From Psilocybe cubensis (Eukaryota): a stretch of DNA of 64,000 nucleotides. Numbering within the stretch: position 1 is the first letter of the stretch; every line of letters begins with the position of its first letter. Made by a program: the position numbers and the translations under genes. This document shows, one piece after another, positions 37,727-50,039 of the stretch. The notes under the pieces are model-generated. The model worked only from the letters and a program-made list of their open reading frames with translations, made no database searches and was not told the origin of the DNA. The stretch covers positions 992,001-1,056,000 of the forward strand of contig CM039009.1 in the NCBI GenBank assembly GCA_017499595.2, in the 5' to 3' direction.

Positions 37727-40377
37727 GTGGTGATGTTCACATCCTTTCTCGAATCTCAGGCTCGAGGTCCGAGGAGGTCCACATCACAAGTCAAGTCAGG
37801 GTCTGATACTTACGAACTTATGAACTTGGAACTTGCGAACTCGTAAATCGGGTTGTGGGGAAAGACGAAGGAAAACATATAGTACACCTTTAATTGCTCT
37901 AAGTATCAAACGCAGATGTAAATTCAAATGTAAATGTAAACGAAAAGATAACGATTGGCGCTTCCGAGTCTCAATTATAATTTACACAAGTACTAGTTGA
38001 ACATCGGCCCATGAAGGCGCAGATGTAGATGCAGATCATGATGCAGGCGCAGGTGCAGGGTAGCCTCCCAAGCTCGCAAAGGCAGCCAAGACTCCACCGT
38101 CCACTGTCCAACGCCAGCGCCTGTGCCTCGCCTCGTGGTGGTTCAAACGAAAAAGGAAATAAAAAAATGAGAGGCTACTGTGAAGAAAAGAATAAACCCA
38201 TTGTCTTCCATCAACCTTTGCCGTAGCCGAACCTGAACCTGAGCGCTGAGCCCAGCCACAAGCCATGTCGTCTCTCCATCATCAATTCGTTAGATCTCGA
38301 CGTCAACGTTGACTTGGCTCGAGCCCTCGAGCCTCGTACGGTTTAATCGACTTGTCCGGAACAGAAACGCCTTTGTTGTTGTTACACTCTTTCTCGTCTA
38401 ATTTTTTTAAAAAAATTGAAGACATTGTCTTCCCGCTTATCTGTCTACACGTACCATTGTCTTCAACGTTCACGGACTTTAAACTAGCTTACTACACAAT
38501 ACAATGCTCAGTGCACAATGAACAGTGCACAGTGCACACACACGTCGCATCGCACGATGCCAGTGCGTACCGTTGAATCGGATATCCGACCGCCATTCAC
38601 CAGAAGTCAGTCGCCTGTAGCCACACCGGATCCAGCGATAGCGATAGCAAGCATGCTAACAACCAACGAACTGGAAACTGGAAACTGGAAACCGGAACTG
38701 GAACTGAACCTCTGGCAACTTTGAACTCCTCTCCATCTTGCGACTTGAACGCGCCTATTAGAATTAGAATTAGTATTAGAATTAGTAACCCGGCATAACA
38801 AACCAACCTCTCACAATCACAATCAGAATCAGAATCGACCATTAACCACTATGCATTGTGCATTAACCATTGTGTGTTCCATTCATTATCCATCGACCAT
38901 CGACCATTGACCGGTAACCGGTGACCATTGACCATTGAAGACTTACAAGGCTTACAAGACTTTTCAAGTCAAAGTCCCCTCGCTTAAACCAATACCCCGC
39001 ACACCTGACTCTGACTCTGACCCTGATCATTTGTCAGCGTGTGTCATATCGTATAACGGTCCGAGAACCGACTTCCGTCTGCCGAGTGCCGATGGTGCCG
39101 AATGCGTGTGCTGAGAGAGCAGAGAGCTGTGTTCCGTGTGCCGTGTGCCGAGTCTCACACCCCCAATCACCGCTCACGTGCCTACCCGCCGAGGTGGGTC
39201 GAGGTGGCTGTGAGGACGAGGAATGGATGAAGGAAAGCAAGACGCGGGTTGGACTGAAGCTTGAGCTTGAGCTTGAACCTTTAAACTTTGAATATTTGAA
39301 TGGCTGAAGACGCGCGAGGTTGAGTTGTGAAGGTAGAGGAAAGTTGAATCTTGGATGGATGGATGGTTTGGGTTGGAGAGGCAAGCTTTGAATTGGGTGA
39401 GCGCGTGGATGGAATGTTGGGGTGGAGATACTGTAACGCGATGACGGCCGGTAATACGATCAGATGAGGTACGTGATACACGCACCTAATCCTTTCTTTC
39501 GTTAATCTTACCTCCAACTTCAAGTATTCAGTGCAGTGCTCGCAAAGACAGATTAGATTATAGATAGCGGATTCAGAATTTCAGATCCTGCAATGCGCAT
39601 ATCATCGTCATGCTGTACCAGCACCAGTACCACCTTGCGCCTTGGCTCGCTCTATCCTCCTCCTCCTTCGCCTTACACTCTCCACAAACGCTCTAATCCA
39701 GTCGACAGGACAATCGCTAAGAATAGGCAAACACACGCCTATCAAATCATCCCGCGTTCCGTTTTTTTTTTCCTTCATCAAAGTAATTTTGGAATTTTAC
39801 GAGTCGGGACGGGGGTCGTGTGAGGCATTTCGTGATATCTGACACTATAGTGATAGTGATATCAGTCGGTGTACGTACGTGAGGTGAAGTGGAAGTTTAT
39901 TCGCGTTCGCCGTTCGGCCGAGCGGACAAAGACAAGGAACGGCAAGGCAAGGCAAAGGGAGAGGGAGGAAAGAAGTCTCTCACTCCGCATCGTGCGCTTC
40001 GCCTCGTTTTTTTGGTTTTTGTGTTTGTTTCTCCACTGCCGGCGATTGGTACTGCGACTGCGATTGCGACTGCGATTGCAAGGAAGACTTGGACGCGGAG
40101 TGTGCTTTAGTCTTCTGCATCTCGTAGCTGTGAGTTGAATTGTCAAAGTCTTGTGCCCAGCTGAATAGAAAGATAGATACTCCAGAAGTTGTGCTTCTCT
40201 CCTTGCAGTCCTAGGCTTGTCCTCTCTCTCTCTTTCTCGGAGTGAAGAAACATCTTCAAGTTAGCGCTCACCTGATTCAAAGGAATCCATCGCGCTCCCT
40301 CCTCAACCCAGTTATCTTATCTCCATACCCACCCACCCACCCCCGCACTCACCCACTCAGACCAACGCACCAAACCA

Positions 40378-43300
40378 ATGTCGTCCTCTTCATCTTCGAA
40401 ACCCCATACTCGACCTCCAGCTCCGTTGACGAACGAGGGGAGACGCCTCCGAGCGGTGTACCCAGCCGCGCATACGCCCGAGTACGCGAGCTTTGATTTT
40501 GCGCATGCGCATGCGAATGCGAATGTAAACGCAAACGCAAATGCGGGCGCGGAATCTGTAGCCCCTATGCCTATGCCTGCTGCTGTGCCGTTGATCCCTC
40601 CAGCCGCGTCCACCTCCACCTCCACCTCAATTTCTACATCGACCTCTACTTCGATCGCTCCTGCATCGGGATTACGCTCGTCGGACTCGTCGTTCGAGTC
40701 GCCTGTCTCGGCGTCGACTTCATCGTCGTATACGGCTGTCGATTCTGAGCATGACCATGACCATGACCATGCACCCGCGCATACATTTGTACACGCGCAT
40801 CACTATGACCACGACCGCGAGCATGACCACGAGCACGACCGCGAGCACGAGCACCCACTAGCGTACCCGCCCAAATCCGTCCGCTTTTCGCATACATCTT
40901 CGGATGAGTATGATGGATATAACTACGATGATGGGTACGATGAAGGGGAGGACGAGGAGGGGGAGGAACACCCGCTCAAACCCTCTTCTTCTTCTTCTTC
41001 ACACCACTGGCAGCAGACGCGGGGTCGGGAAAACGCATCTTCACACCCTCCTCGTCGCTGGAGTCCTCCCAATTCCAATTCCAATTCCAACTTTTTCGCG
41101 CGTATACTCTCAGTATCAACAGCAACAGCAAAATCAATTACTACCCGTGTACGAACCTGGCCCCCAATCAACCGCACATCCACAATCAACCGCGCAATAA
41201 ACCGCACATCAAAAATAATCCACGAAAACACAGGCCTGCTCCTCGTGACGGGCGCACAGGTGTTCCTTTCACTTATGAATGTCGCGGTGAAGACGCTGAA
41301 TAGTGTGGATCCGCCTGTGCCGGCGCTTGAGGTGGGTTTTTTCTTTGGTTTTTTTTTGGTGTGGTTTGGTGGGTTTTGGTTTTGGGTTGGAGTTTGGGTT
41401 TTTTGGGTTGGGGTTTTTTGGTGTGGGTTTTTTTGGTGTGGTTTTTTAGATTTGATTCTTGCTGGGTTTGGGTTTGGGTTTTTTGCTGGGTTTGGTTGAG
41501 CTCAGAGCAGAGGGAGGTTGGATACCGTTTACATTTGCCTTCGCGCGTCAGGTTTTGTTTTTTCTTATTTTTTCTTCCTTTTGTGGTGGCTTGATTGACG
41601 CCCGTCTTAATTCCTGTTTCCTGATCGCTGATTGCCAATTACTGATTGACACTCCATGATACACTTTACACTTTACACTTTACACTACAGCTCGTAGCCG
41701 TACGAATGGTGCGTACCGTCTTCCTTCATCTTATAGACTTTTTTCAAGTTAATTAATTTTAATTGATGGGCTGATGGATTAAAACTTTGTGTTTCTCTTC
41801 TCTGTACGAGCAGATTATAACGTATATGTGTTGTATGGGATATATGTGCGTGTTTTTTTATCTTTCTTTTTTATTTTTATTTTTATTTTTTCTTTTTTGT
41901 GGGGGGTATATGCGGCTTTGCAAGTTGCAGTGCAATGCGCAGCGCAGCGTACACACTCACATGCCCATGCCCACATACCAATACCAATATCAATACTATT
42001 TCTATTACTAAAACACCTCTCGCCCTCGATGCAATTGCACTGTAACAGGCTCGCGACGGGCGTACCGGATCCGTTTTTAGGTCCTAAAGGTGTACGGTTG
42101 TTGCTCGTTACGCGGGGCGCGGTTGGGTAAGTCTCAGAGTCTCCATCTCGATTTCGGTTTTGCTTTCCTCTCTTCTGTCCTTGAAATATCATTATACTCA
42201 CATTCACATTCACGCTCACGCTCAAAAATAAAAACGATGCTCAAAAATAAAAACGACACTCAAATTAAAACGACACTCTCAATAAAAAACGACACTCACA
42301 AAAAAACAACGCTCACAAAAAACAACGCTCACAAAAAACAACGCTCACAAAAAAACGACGCTCCCAACAACAACGCTCACAAAAAAACGACGCTCACAAA
42401 AAACACAACGCTCACAAAAAAAAAACATAAAGCTTCTTCGGCCTCTTCGGCGTATACTACTCCCTGCAATACCTCTCTCTGTCCGACGCGACGGTGCTCA
42501 CGTTTCTCGCGCCCATGTGCACTGCGATCGCGGGTGCGGTGTTGTTGGGCGAGACGTTTACGAGGGGGGAGGGGGTTGCTGGGTGTGAGTGTTTTTTTCT
42601 TTTGTTTTTTGTTCTATTTTCTTGTTGGGATTTTGGTGTTTTGGTGATTTGGCTTTTGGCTTTTAATTTTAATTTTTGGTGTTTTCCTTTTCTTTTTCGT
42701 ATTGCTGTGTCGACGTCTTTGCTGGCTTTACTTTGGTTTGATGAAATGAAATGGAATTGACCTTTGATTTCTTGATTTTGATTTTTTTTTTGTGATTGTA
42801 GTGATTAGCTTGTTGGGTGTGGTGCTTATTGCGCGTCCGGCTGCTATATTCGGTGAGCATCACCAGGACCAGGACCAGGATTCGACAGGATCAGGATCAG
42901 GAGCGGGAGCGGGCACAGTCACGTCGAAGCAGCGGTTGATTGCTGTCGGGTGCGTATTTCAACTGTTTTTCTGTGGATTAACTATTACCTATTAACTAAA
43001 AACTTTGTTTGTCTGTTTGTTTGTTGTTGTACAGTGTGGCGCTTATTGGGGTGTTGGGAGCTACGGGCGCTTGTGAGTTTCTTTTTCTTTTTCTCTCTTT
43101 TTCTCTCTTTTTCTTTTTTTATGCTTTCTTCAAGTTTTGTCACTCATATTTCTCATTTCTCTCCTTCTCTGACTTGAAATTGAAACATCGTCTCTGACCT
43201 AACCTCGAAACCTCACCCTCACCCTCACTCGAATTTAAATTTGAATCGACTTGACTCGACTTGGAAATAACCACGATACCACGGACTGGACATGGACCTG

Positions 43301-44681
43301 CATACTACAAACTCTGACTCTGGCCACGGACATCTACACAACACGGACACGGACACATACACCTACACAACACAACACCTACACCTACACCTACACCTAC
43401 ACCTACACCTACACCTACATCTACACCTACACAACACAACACGGACACGACACCGACACCGAAACCGAAACCGACATGAACATGAACACACGAACACACG
43501 AAAAACAGACACGACGATCCGCGCAATTGGCAAACGCGCCCATCCGTTACATTCCATGACGTTCTTCTCGGCGCTGTGTGTGGTTATTTCTGGGACTGCG
43601 TGAGTCGTTTTGTTTTTTTCTTGTTTCTTTGGTTTCTTCTTCTTCTTCTTCGGTTTCTTTCGTGCTTTTGTATTTTTTCGTTGAGGCTTTTGGCTTTCCT
43701 CATCCACACTCATCATCATCATCATCTTCTTCTCCTTCTCGTGTTTCTCGTGTTATATTTGCTATTTCTATTTCTATTAACCCACTTTCCAAAGTCAACA
43801 CTCAACACTCAACCATTCCAATTTCCACGCGATGATCATACAACATTACACATTACACATTTTACTTAATACTAATCTATCAATCGACAGGATGATAGTG
43901 AACGAAACGCCCGTCGTAATTCCTACAAAGCTGGAGTGGGTGTTGTTGTTGGTGATGATTGGGATATTCGGGTTTGTAGCTCAGGTTCGTGTTCTTTGTC
44001 TTAAGAAAATAATAAACATATTAAAAGAAAAATAAAAAAAACAACTATAGACCCTCCTAACAATGGGCCTCCAGCGCGAAACGGCAGGCAGAGGTGCGAT
44101 GGCGGTGTACACTCAGATTGTATTCGCATCTATCCTTGAAAGGATATTCTTTGCTGGGGAACATAGTGGTGATAGTAGTGGCGAAAGGGCGATGTCGGTG
44201 CTTGGGACGGGGATGATATGTGGTGCGGGGGGGTGGGTTGTTGTGAGTATTGTGTTTCTTTTTTTTGTTTCTTTGTTTCCTTTGTTTCTTTGTTTCCTTT
44301 GTTTCCTTTGTTTCTTTGTGCTTTTATTGGTTTTATGGGTGTTAATTTTTTTTCTTGTGGGGGTAGATTATGAAGCAGAGGGAGAAGAAGAAAGTTGGGT
44401 CTGCTGCTGGGCCTGGGCCTGGGCCTGGGGCGGGTGGGTCTGGGTCTGGGGCTGTTGTTGGGGAAAGTGAGAGGGATGAGGGGTATGAGCTTGAGCTTGA
44501 GGAGGGGTTGTTGGGCGCTGTGGATCGAGGTGTTGGTAGGGAAAGGGAAAGAGAAAGGGATGCGGATGCGGATGCGGATGAGGTGGATAATGAGGATGAG
44601 GATGAGGATGAGGATGAGGATGAGGATGAGGATGAAAAAGGTGGTTTTAGGAAGGAGGGGGAGGGGGAGGGGCGGGTGTAG
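40378..44681 (+). CDS. EamA / drug-metabolite transporter (DMT) family membrane protein, about 12 exons, expanded introns
   Basis: Spliced peptides NTGLLLVTGAQVFLSLMNVAVK / LVAVRM / PFLGPKGVRLLLVTRGAVG/FFGLFGVYYSLQYLSLSDATVLTFLAP..LLGE / ISLLGVVLIARP / YTTIRAIGKRAHPLHS / IGIFGFVAQ/TLLTMGLQRETAGRG..YTQIVFA. Confidence 0.92.
42225..42430 (+). repeat. Intronic minisatellite, unit approximately A(5-7)CAACGCTCAC, about 10 degenerate copies
   Basis: Directly visible in EamA intron 42127-42432, running up to the AAAG acceptor. Confidence 0.9.
43360..43432 (+). repeat. (ACACCT)n hexamer microsatellite in EamA intron
   Basis: Direct reading of the sequence. Confidence 0.9.
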
Positions 44682-45143
44682 ATGTGAAGTTGAATGCTCG
44701 TATACATATTGGATTGGATTGGATGTTGGATGTTGGATATTGGATATTGGATATTGGAGGGATGCGTTTTGTTGTTGTGTTTGTTGTCGCTGGTGTGTTT
44801 GTATATGTGTGTGTATGTGTTAGATATCGGATATAGGATATAGGATATGTGCTTTGCTTTGCTTTGCTTTGCGTTGGTTTGGTTTTGGTTTTGGTTTAGG
44901 TTTTTTTTTGAAGGTGAAGGTAGTGCAATAACTCTAGCACCCATGTCCCCTGTCCCTGTCCCTCGTTTACGGAAACGGGAGTTCTCACCATAGCACCATC
45001 CACCATCCACCATCCACCATATACCATACGCCATACGCCATAGCACCGTATACAGAAGAATCATCGATCATCGATCATCAATCATCGATCATCTCCTCAT
45101 CTCCTGGCTTTGAAATGAAATTCTTGAGCCTATCTATTGATAA

Positions 45144-45313
45144 TTGGAATTTTGGAACATTGGAACATTGGAACATTGGAATTTTGGAATTTTGGAACAT
45201 TGGAACATTGGAACATTGGAATTTTGGAACATTGGAATTTTGGAATTTTGGAATTTTGGAACTTGGAACTTGGAATTTTGGAATTTTGGAATTTTGGAAC
45301 TTGGAACTTGGAA
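45144..45313. repeat. 8-bp tandem array TTGGAACA/TTGGAATT (about 20 copies, some 7-bp TTGGAAC variants)
   Basis: Direct reading; intergenic between EamA and ATG22. Confidence 0.95.
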
Positions 45314-46952
45314 AGATTCAAGATTCAAGATTCGTGCATACATTGACATGGCTCGACCCCAACTCTCACTCTCAAATCCTCCCCTCCGAGTCCTTTGCAA
45401 AATCGCAATGGACGATGTTGGATGGATGGTTGTGCTCGTGCCACTTGTGCTTGTGCTGTGATGGCTTGGAGACGTTATCCATGGTCCATGTTCCTCAATT
45501 CGTTTCCTTTTGAATTGCCAGTTTCCGACAGTTGTCGTTCACCGTGACCCAGGATGGTAGTAATGGCAATGGTAATGGTAATGTCACCCCGGCTGTTAAA
45601 AATCACCTAGAGCTTTTGTTGGAAGGGTGGAAGGGAAGGAACTTGAAGACTTGTGTATTGTGTGCTTTGGATCTTGGATCTTGGATCTTGGATCTGATAG
45701 ATGAGGATGAGGATGAGGATGAGGATGAGGATGAGGATGAGGATGAGGATGAGATTGAAAGCAGATAGATGTCCGAAGGTGTCCATACTAACTACTAACT
45801 ACTAACTGCATGGGAGGGTAAAGGATATCGATAAAAGGTAACCGGTAAAGAATAACGAACTCCCCTCTACCCCCCTCCCTTCAGGCTTCCATGCAGGCGA
45901 ACTTGAAAGTGGCTTGAGTGACTTAGTATGTGCTTTACCTGACCTTGATATTGGCTTCCATTGGCACCTGTACACCGCACAGCACTCACTACTGGCACTT
46001 GACTTTTTTGCTCGACATGTAGTCTTGCCGTCGCTGTGCTTGCCGTGGACGTAGACGCGGAGAAACAAAGACAAAGACACACGGAGAGGGGAAGAAATGA
46101 CGGTTTACACTCTCACTGGCAGGTTCTACGGCATAACCGTCTATTATGATTCATGGATTCATGATTCGGACTCGTGGGGGTTTTTTGTTTATATATATAT
46201 ATATATATATTGATGATGGAGAAAGGGGGTTTTAGTTTAATGGTTAAACATGCCTCTCCGCCGCAGAGATTCAGAGTGTCAAGAAGCAGCACTACCGTAC
46301 CGTACTTGCCTCAGTTGCGGCGTACATTTACTAATAGATGCACTTGGGCTGAGTGAAATTCAAGTTGAGTTGACTAGGTTGAGGTTGATGTTGATGTTGA
46401 TGTTGATGTTGATGTTCTCAGACTTCAAGTTACCGATGTCTCTACTGCCATGGCAGAGTCCGACTCGGACTCAAAAACCTGGATGATAAATAACTATAAA
46501 AATAATAATATACAAAAAGGTTCCCTTTATCCTGAGCCAGTGAGATATAGCTGGCAGAATTTCTGCACGATATCATCAGAGTACTCTACCTTCAAAGACT
46601 GTAAGGGACTCGGAGTTGAGAGCCCCATCGGACTCGGAGCCTGAAAGACTCCTGAGACGCGTAACGCGTTGGTAGCTAGGCACGTGATGGGTACGGGGTG
46701 CTATCTTTGGAAATGGAAGTCACGCAGACTCTGACTTGACTCTGCTTGTGGCTTGTGCTTCTGCTTCTGCTGCTGTCAGATTGACGACGTCGACGCTTCT
46801 AACAATCCAACCCACCGACGAATCGACCGTCCCACCGACTGACGACGAAATCTGACGTTGACACCGCACGGCTCATCATATGGAGCAGTGATACTTTACT
46901 TTACCTTACCTCTCTATCAAATTATCTCTCTGCAAGTTGACAATAGAGAAAT

Positions 46953-49900
46953 ATGGTTTCTGAATCATATACCCGTCTCAGCGACGTGGATGAAAGCACA
47001 AGCGCAAGCGCGGACGGGGTACATGCGTACCCGCGCGGATACAGTGTTGCGCGGTATAAGAGGAAGCTTAGAGGGTGGTTGTGTTATGCATTTGCTAGGT
47101 GCGCTTTACTGAATAATGAATAATGAATATTACTAACGAACAACTCACTCACAACTCACTCACAACAAAAACAAAACAACAAAACAACACAACCCCAGCG
47201 AAGTGTTCGTCATCGTCTCCCTCACCCTCTTCCTCCCTATATGCCTCGAGCAGTTCGCGCGCGACAATGGGTTTTTGCTCCCTGACAAGACCGTGCCGTG
47301 TTCGTCTATCGGTGTCTCTCCTTCTCCTATATCCCAAAACGGTACCGCGCTTGTCAATGTGGACGAGAACGCGCGGTGTGTAGTGAAAATTGGGTGGATG
47401 TGGATCGACACTGCGAGTTTTAGGTGCGTGTATTTCTTCCCTGCATGGGGGGGAGTTGCTGAAGTATGTGTTGTGGTGGGTGTAGTTTGTACGTGTACTC
47501 GATATCAGTTGCGCTCCAGGCGCTCACTGTCATCTCTATGGGCGGTATCGCGGACCACCGTACGTCCCTCTCTCTCTCTCTCTTGCTCTTCCACTCACTA
47601 ACTCGCCTTCCCTCCTTCCCTCCCTCTCCACCCACTCACCCACTCACCCCCTGCCCGCCTGCCCGCCTGCCCGCCCACCACAGCCCCCCACCGCCTGCGC
47701 CTCCTCCTAACCTTCGCCCTCCTCGGCGCCCTCTCCGCCACCCTCTTCCTCCTCCTCCCCTCCTCCTCCCCGATATGGCCCCTCGCCGCCCCGCTGGCGA
47801 TGGCCGCGAACGTGGGCTTCGGCGCGTCGACTGTTGCGATGAATGCGTATATACCTTCGTTGGCAAGGGAGGCGCCGGAGGTGGTGAGGGTGCGTGAGGA
47901 GGTGAGGCGGGAGGCTGCGCGTGCGGCTGCCGAGGGTGCTGGGGGAGCGGAAGATGATGGAGAAGATGCGGATCCTGATTTGAGTTTGAGTGTGGACTCC
48001 AACCCACGCGCACCACTCCTCTCCCCTTCCCCCTCCTCCCCCTCGACCCCCTCCTCAACCACCCCCCTCCAAAAACACTACACATCCCTCCTCTCCCGCA
48101 CAACCTCGCGCATATCCTCACACGGCATTGCAATAGGGTACGCAGCGGGCATTGCGCTGTTGCTTGTTGCGCTTGTGCCGGTGACCCTGATGAGTGGGAG
48201 TGCGGGGGGGAAGACGCTGGCGCTGAGGGTGGCGGTTGGGATGAGTGGGATTTGGTGGGGTGTTGGGACGGTGGTTGCGGGGGGGCTTTTGGGGGGTGGG
48301 GAGGTTGTGCAGCGTGTGCAGGTGCGGGGTGTTGGTGTGGAAAATGGGGAGGAGGAAGAGGTGGGAGATGGGGATGGAGATGGAGATGGAGATGAACACC
48401 TGAGAAGCAACACCAGCAACTTGAAAGCGGAGGAGGAAGACAAGAAGAACTGGAGCATACCCCGCGAAATCGCGGCCTCGTGGATCCGGCTTGCGGACAT
48501 GCTCCGCTGGAGCGAGATGAAGAAGTTGAGGAATACGTTTCGCTTTTTGGCGGCGTGGTTTTTGCTTTCGGATGGTATGTCTTTTTGTGTCTTTTGTTTT
48601 TGGGTTTTTTGGGGTGGTTGCTGATGTTCTCTTTTTTTTTTTTTTTCTGCTTTACTCTCCTCCTCTGCTGCTCCCTCAACCCACCAAAACCCAACAAAAA
48701 AAGCATTCACAACACTAACATCAACCGCCCTCCTATTCGCCAAAACCTCCCTGCACCTCCCCTCCGCATCTCTAATCCTGATCGGAATCCTAACGCCCCT
48801 CTCAGGGATCCTCGGCGCGCTGATTTGGCCCGTGGTGCAGAGGTCGAGGGGGTGGAGTAATTTGCGGGTTGTGTGTGTGCTTGTGGGTGCGGTGGGCGGG
48901 GTGTGTTTGTATGGGTGTTTGGGGCTTTTTGTTGGGGGTGGTGCGGGGGGTGGGGTGGGTGGGGGAGAGGGTGGGGCAGGGGGAGGGTGGAGGTTTGGAA
49001 GTTTGACGACGCAGTGGGAGATGTTTGTCCTTGCTATTTATTTCGGTGCGTTGTTTTCTTGATTTTTTTTTTTTTTTTGCTTTCTTTCTTTCTTTCTCTT
49101 TTGCTTTTTTTCGCTTTTTTCGGCTTTTTTGCACCTAGTTTGTGTTTGTCTGCCCCGCCTTTGGGTATGGGTATGTGTATGTGAAGACGCGTCGCGTCGC
49201 ACGGTCGCGTCGTAGTGGTTCTATTTTTATCCATACCCCCTATTTCACCCCTATTTCACCCCTATTTCACATCTTTGCTTTCTGCTTTCTGAATTGACCC
49301 GCAAATTGCAATCGCTAATCATCATTCTCTATACATAAACTCCCACCACCCGCCCACCAATCACCACTACGCACTACGCACTACCCACACCCACACACAC
49401 ACAAAACCCACACACACACAAAACCCACACACACACACACGCCTAACATATATATATATATATATGTACACAACAGGCTCAGTCTACGGCGCATTCCAAG
49501 GCTACGCGCGCGCGCTCTACGCGGAGCTGCTCCCGCCTGGTGAAGAGGCGCGCTGGTACGGGTTGTTTTCTATTACCGATAAAGTACGTCTTTTCGTTTT
49601 CGTCATTTTTTTTTAAAGAGAATAAAAATGTTTGCTTACGCGTTGATTCTCTTCTCATTCGCGTATCGCATCGCATTTCTTCCTCTCTTCCTCTCTTCCT
49701 CTCTTCCTCTCTTCCTCTCTTCCTCTCTTCCTCTCTTCCTCTCTTCCTCCCACACCACCCACCCACCCAACCCCCCACCCAAAACCCCAAAAACAGTCCT
49801 CCTCATTCATAGGCCCCCTCCTCGTCGGCCTCATCGCAGACATGACCGGCAACATCCGCTATGCGTTTCTCTTTTTGGGAGGGATGGTGCTTTTGGCGAT

Positions 49901-50039
49901 GCCGGTGCTTGCGGGGGTGGATGTTGAGTGGGGGGGGAGGGAGGCGAGGGGGTATGTGGAGGGGAGGGGGGTAGGAGAGAGTGTGGAGGGGGGAGGGGGG
50001 AGGGGAGAGGTTTTAGATGGGGGTTTTAGAAGGAATTAG
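46953..50039 (+). CDS. ATG22: Autophagy-related protein 22-like MFS vacuolar amino-acid efflux transporter (7 exons)
   Basis: MVSESYTRL..LRGWLCYAFAS/EVFVIVSLTLFLPICLEQFARDNG; RCVVKIGWMWIDTASFSLYVYSISVALQALTVISMGGIADH; ANVGFGASTVAMNAYIPSL; SRISSHGIAIGYAAG; FRFLAAWFLLSD/AFTT; YARALYAELLPPGEEARWYGLFSITDK/SSSFIGP; TGNIRYAFLFL. Confidence 0.95.
49676..49748 (+). repeat. (CTTCCTCT)n 8-bp microsatellite in last ATG22 intron
   Basis: About 9 copies read directly. Confidence 0.9.

Noticed and set aside
45115-45513. ORFs with W/N/F/G repeats; array considered as CRISPR, telomere or heat-shock element
   Set aside because: Translations of the 8-bp array. No spacers, not TTAGGG, and the GAA units are not in the inverted nGAAn arrangement.
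45532-45768. Small acidic (DE)n ORF resembling the EamA tail
   Set aside because: Begins at TTG and is built from microsatellites; best explained as an independent (GATGAG)n expansion.
47598-48743. Minus-strand ORFs of 154-356 aa over ATG22
   Set aside because: Stop-poor antisense frames caused by G/C block skew.
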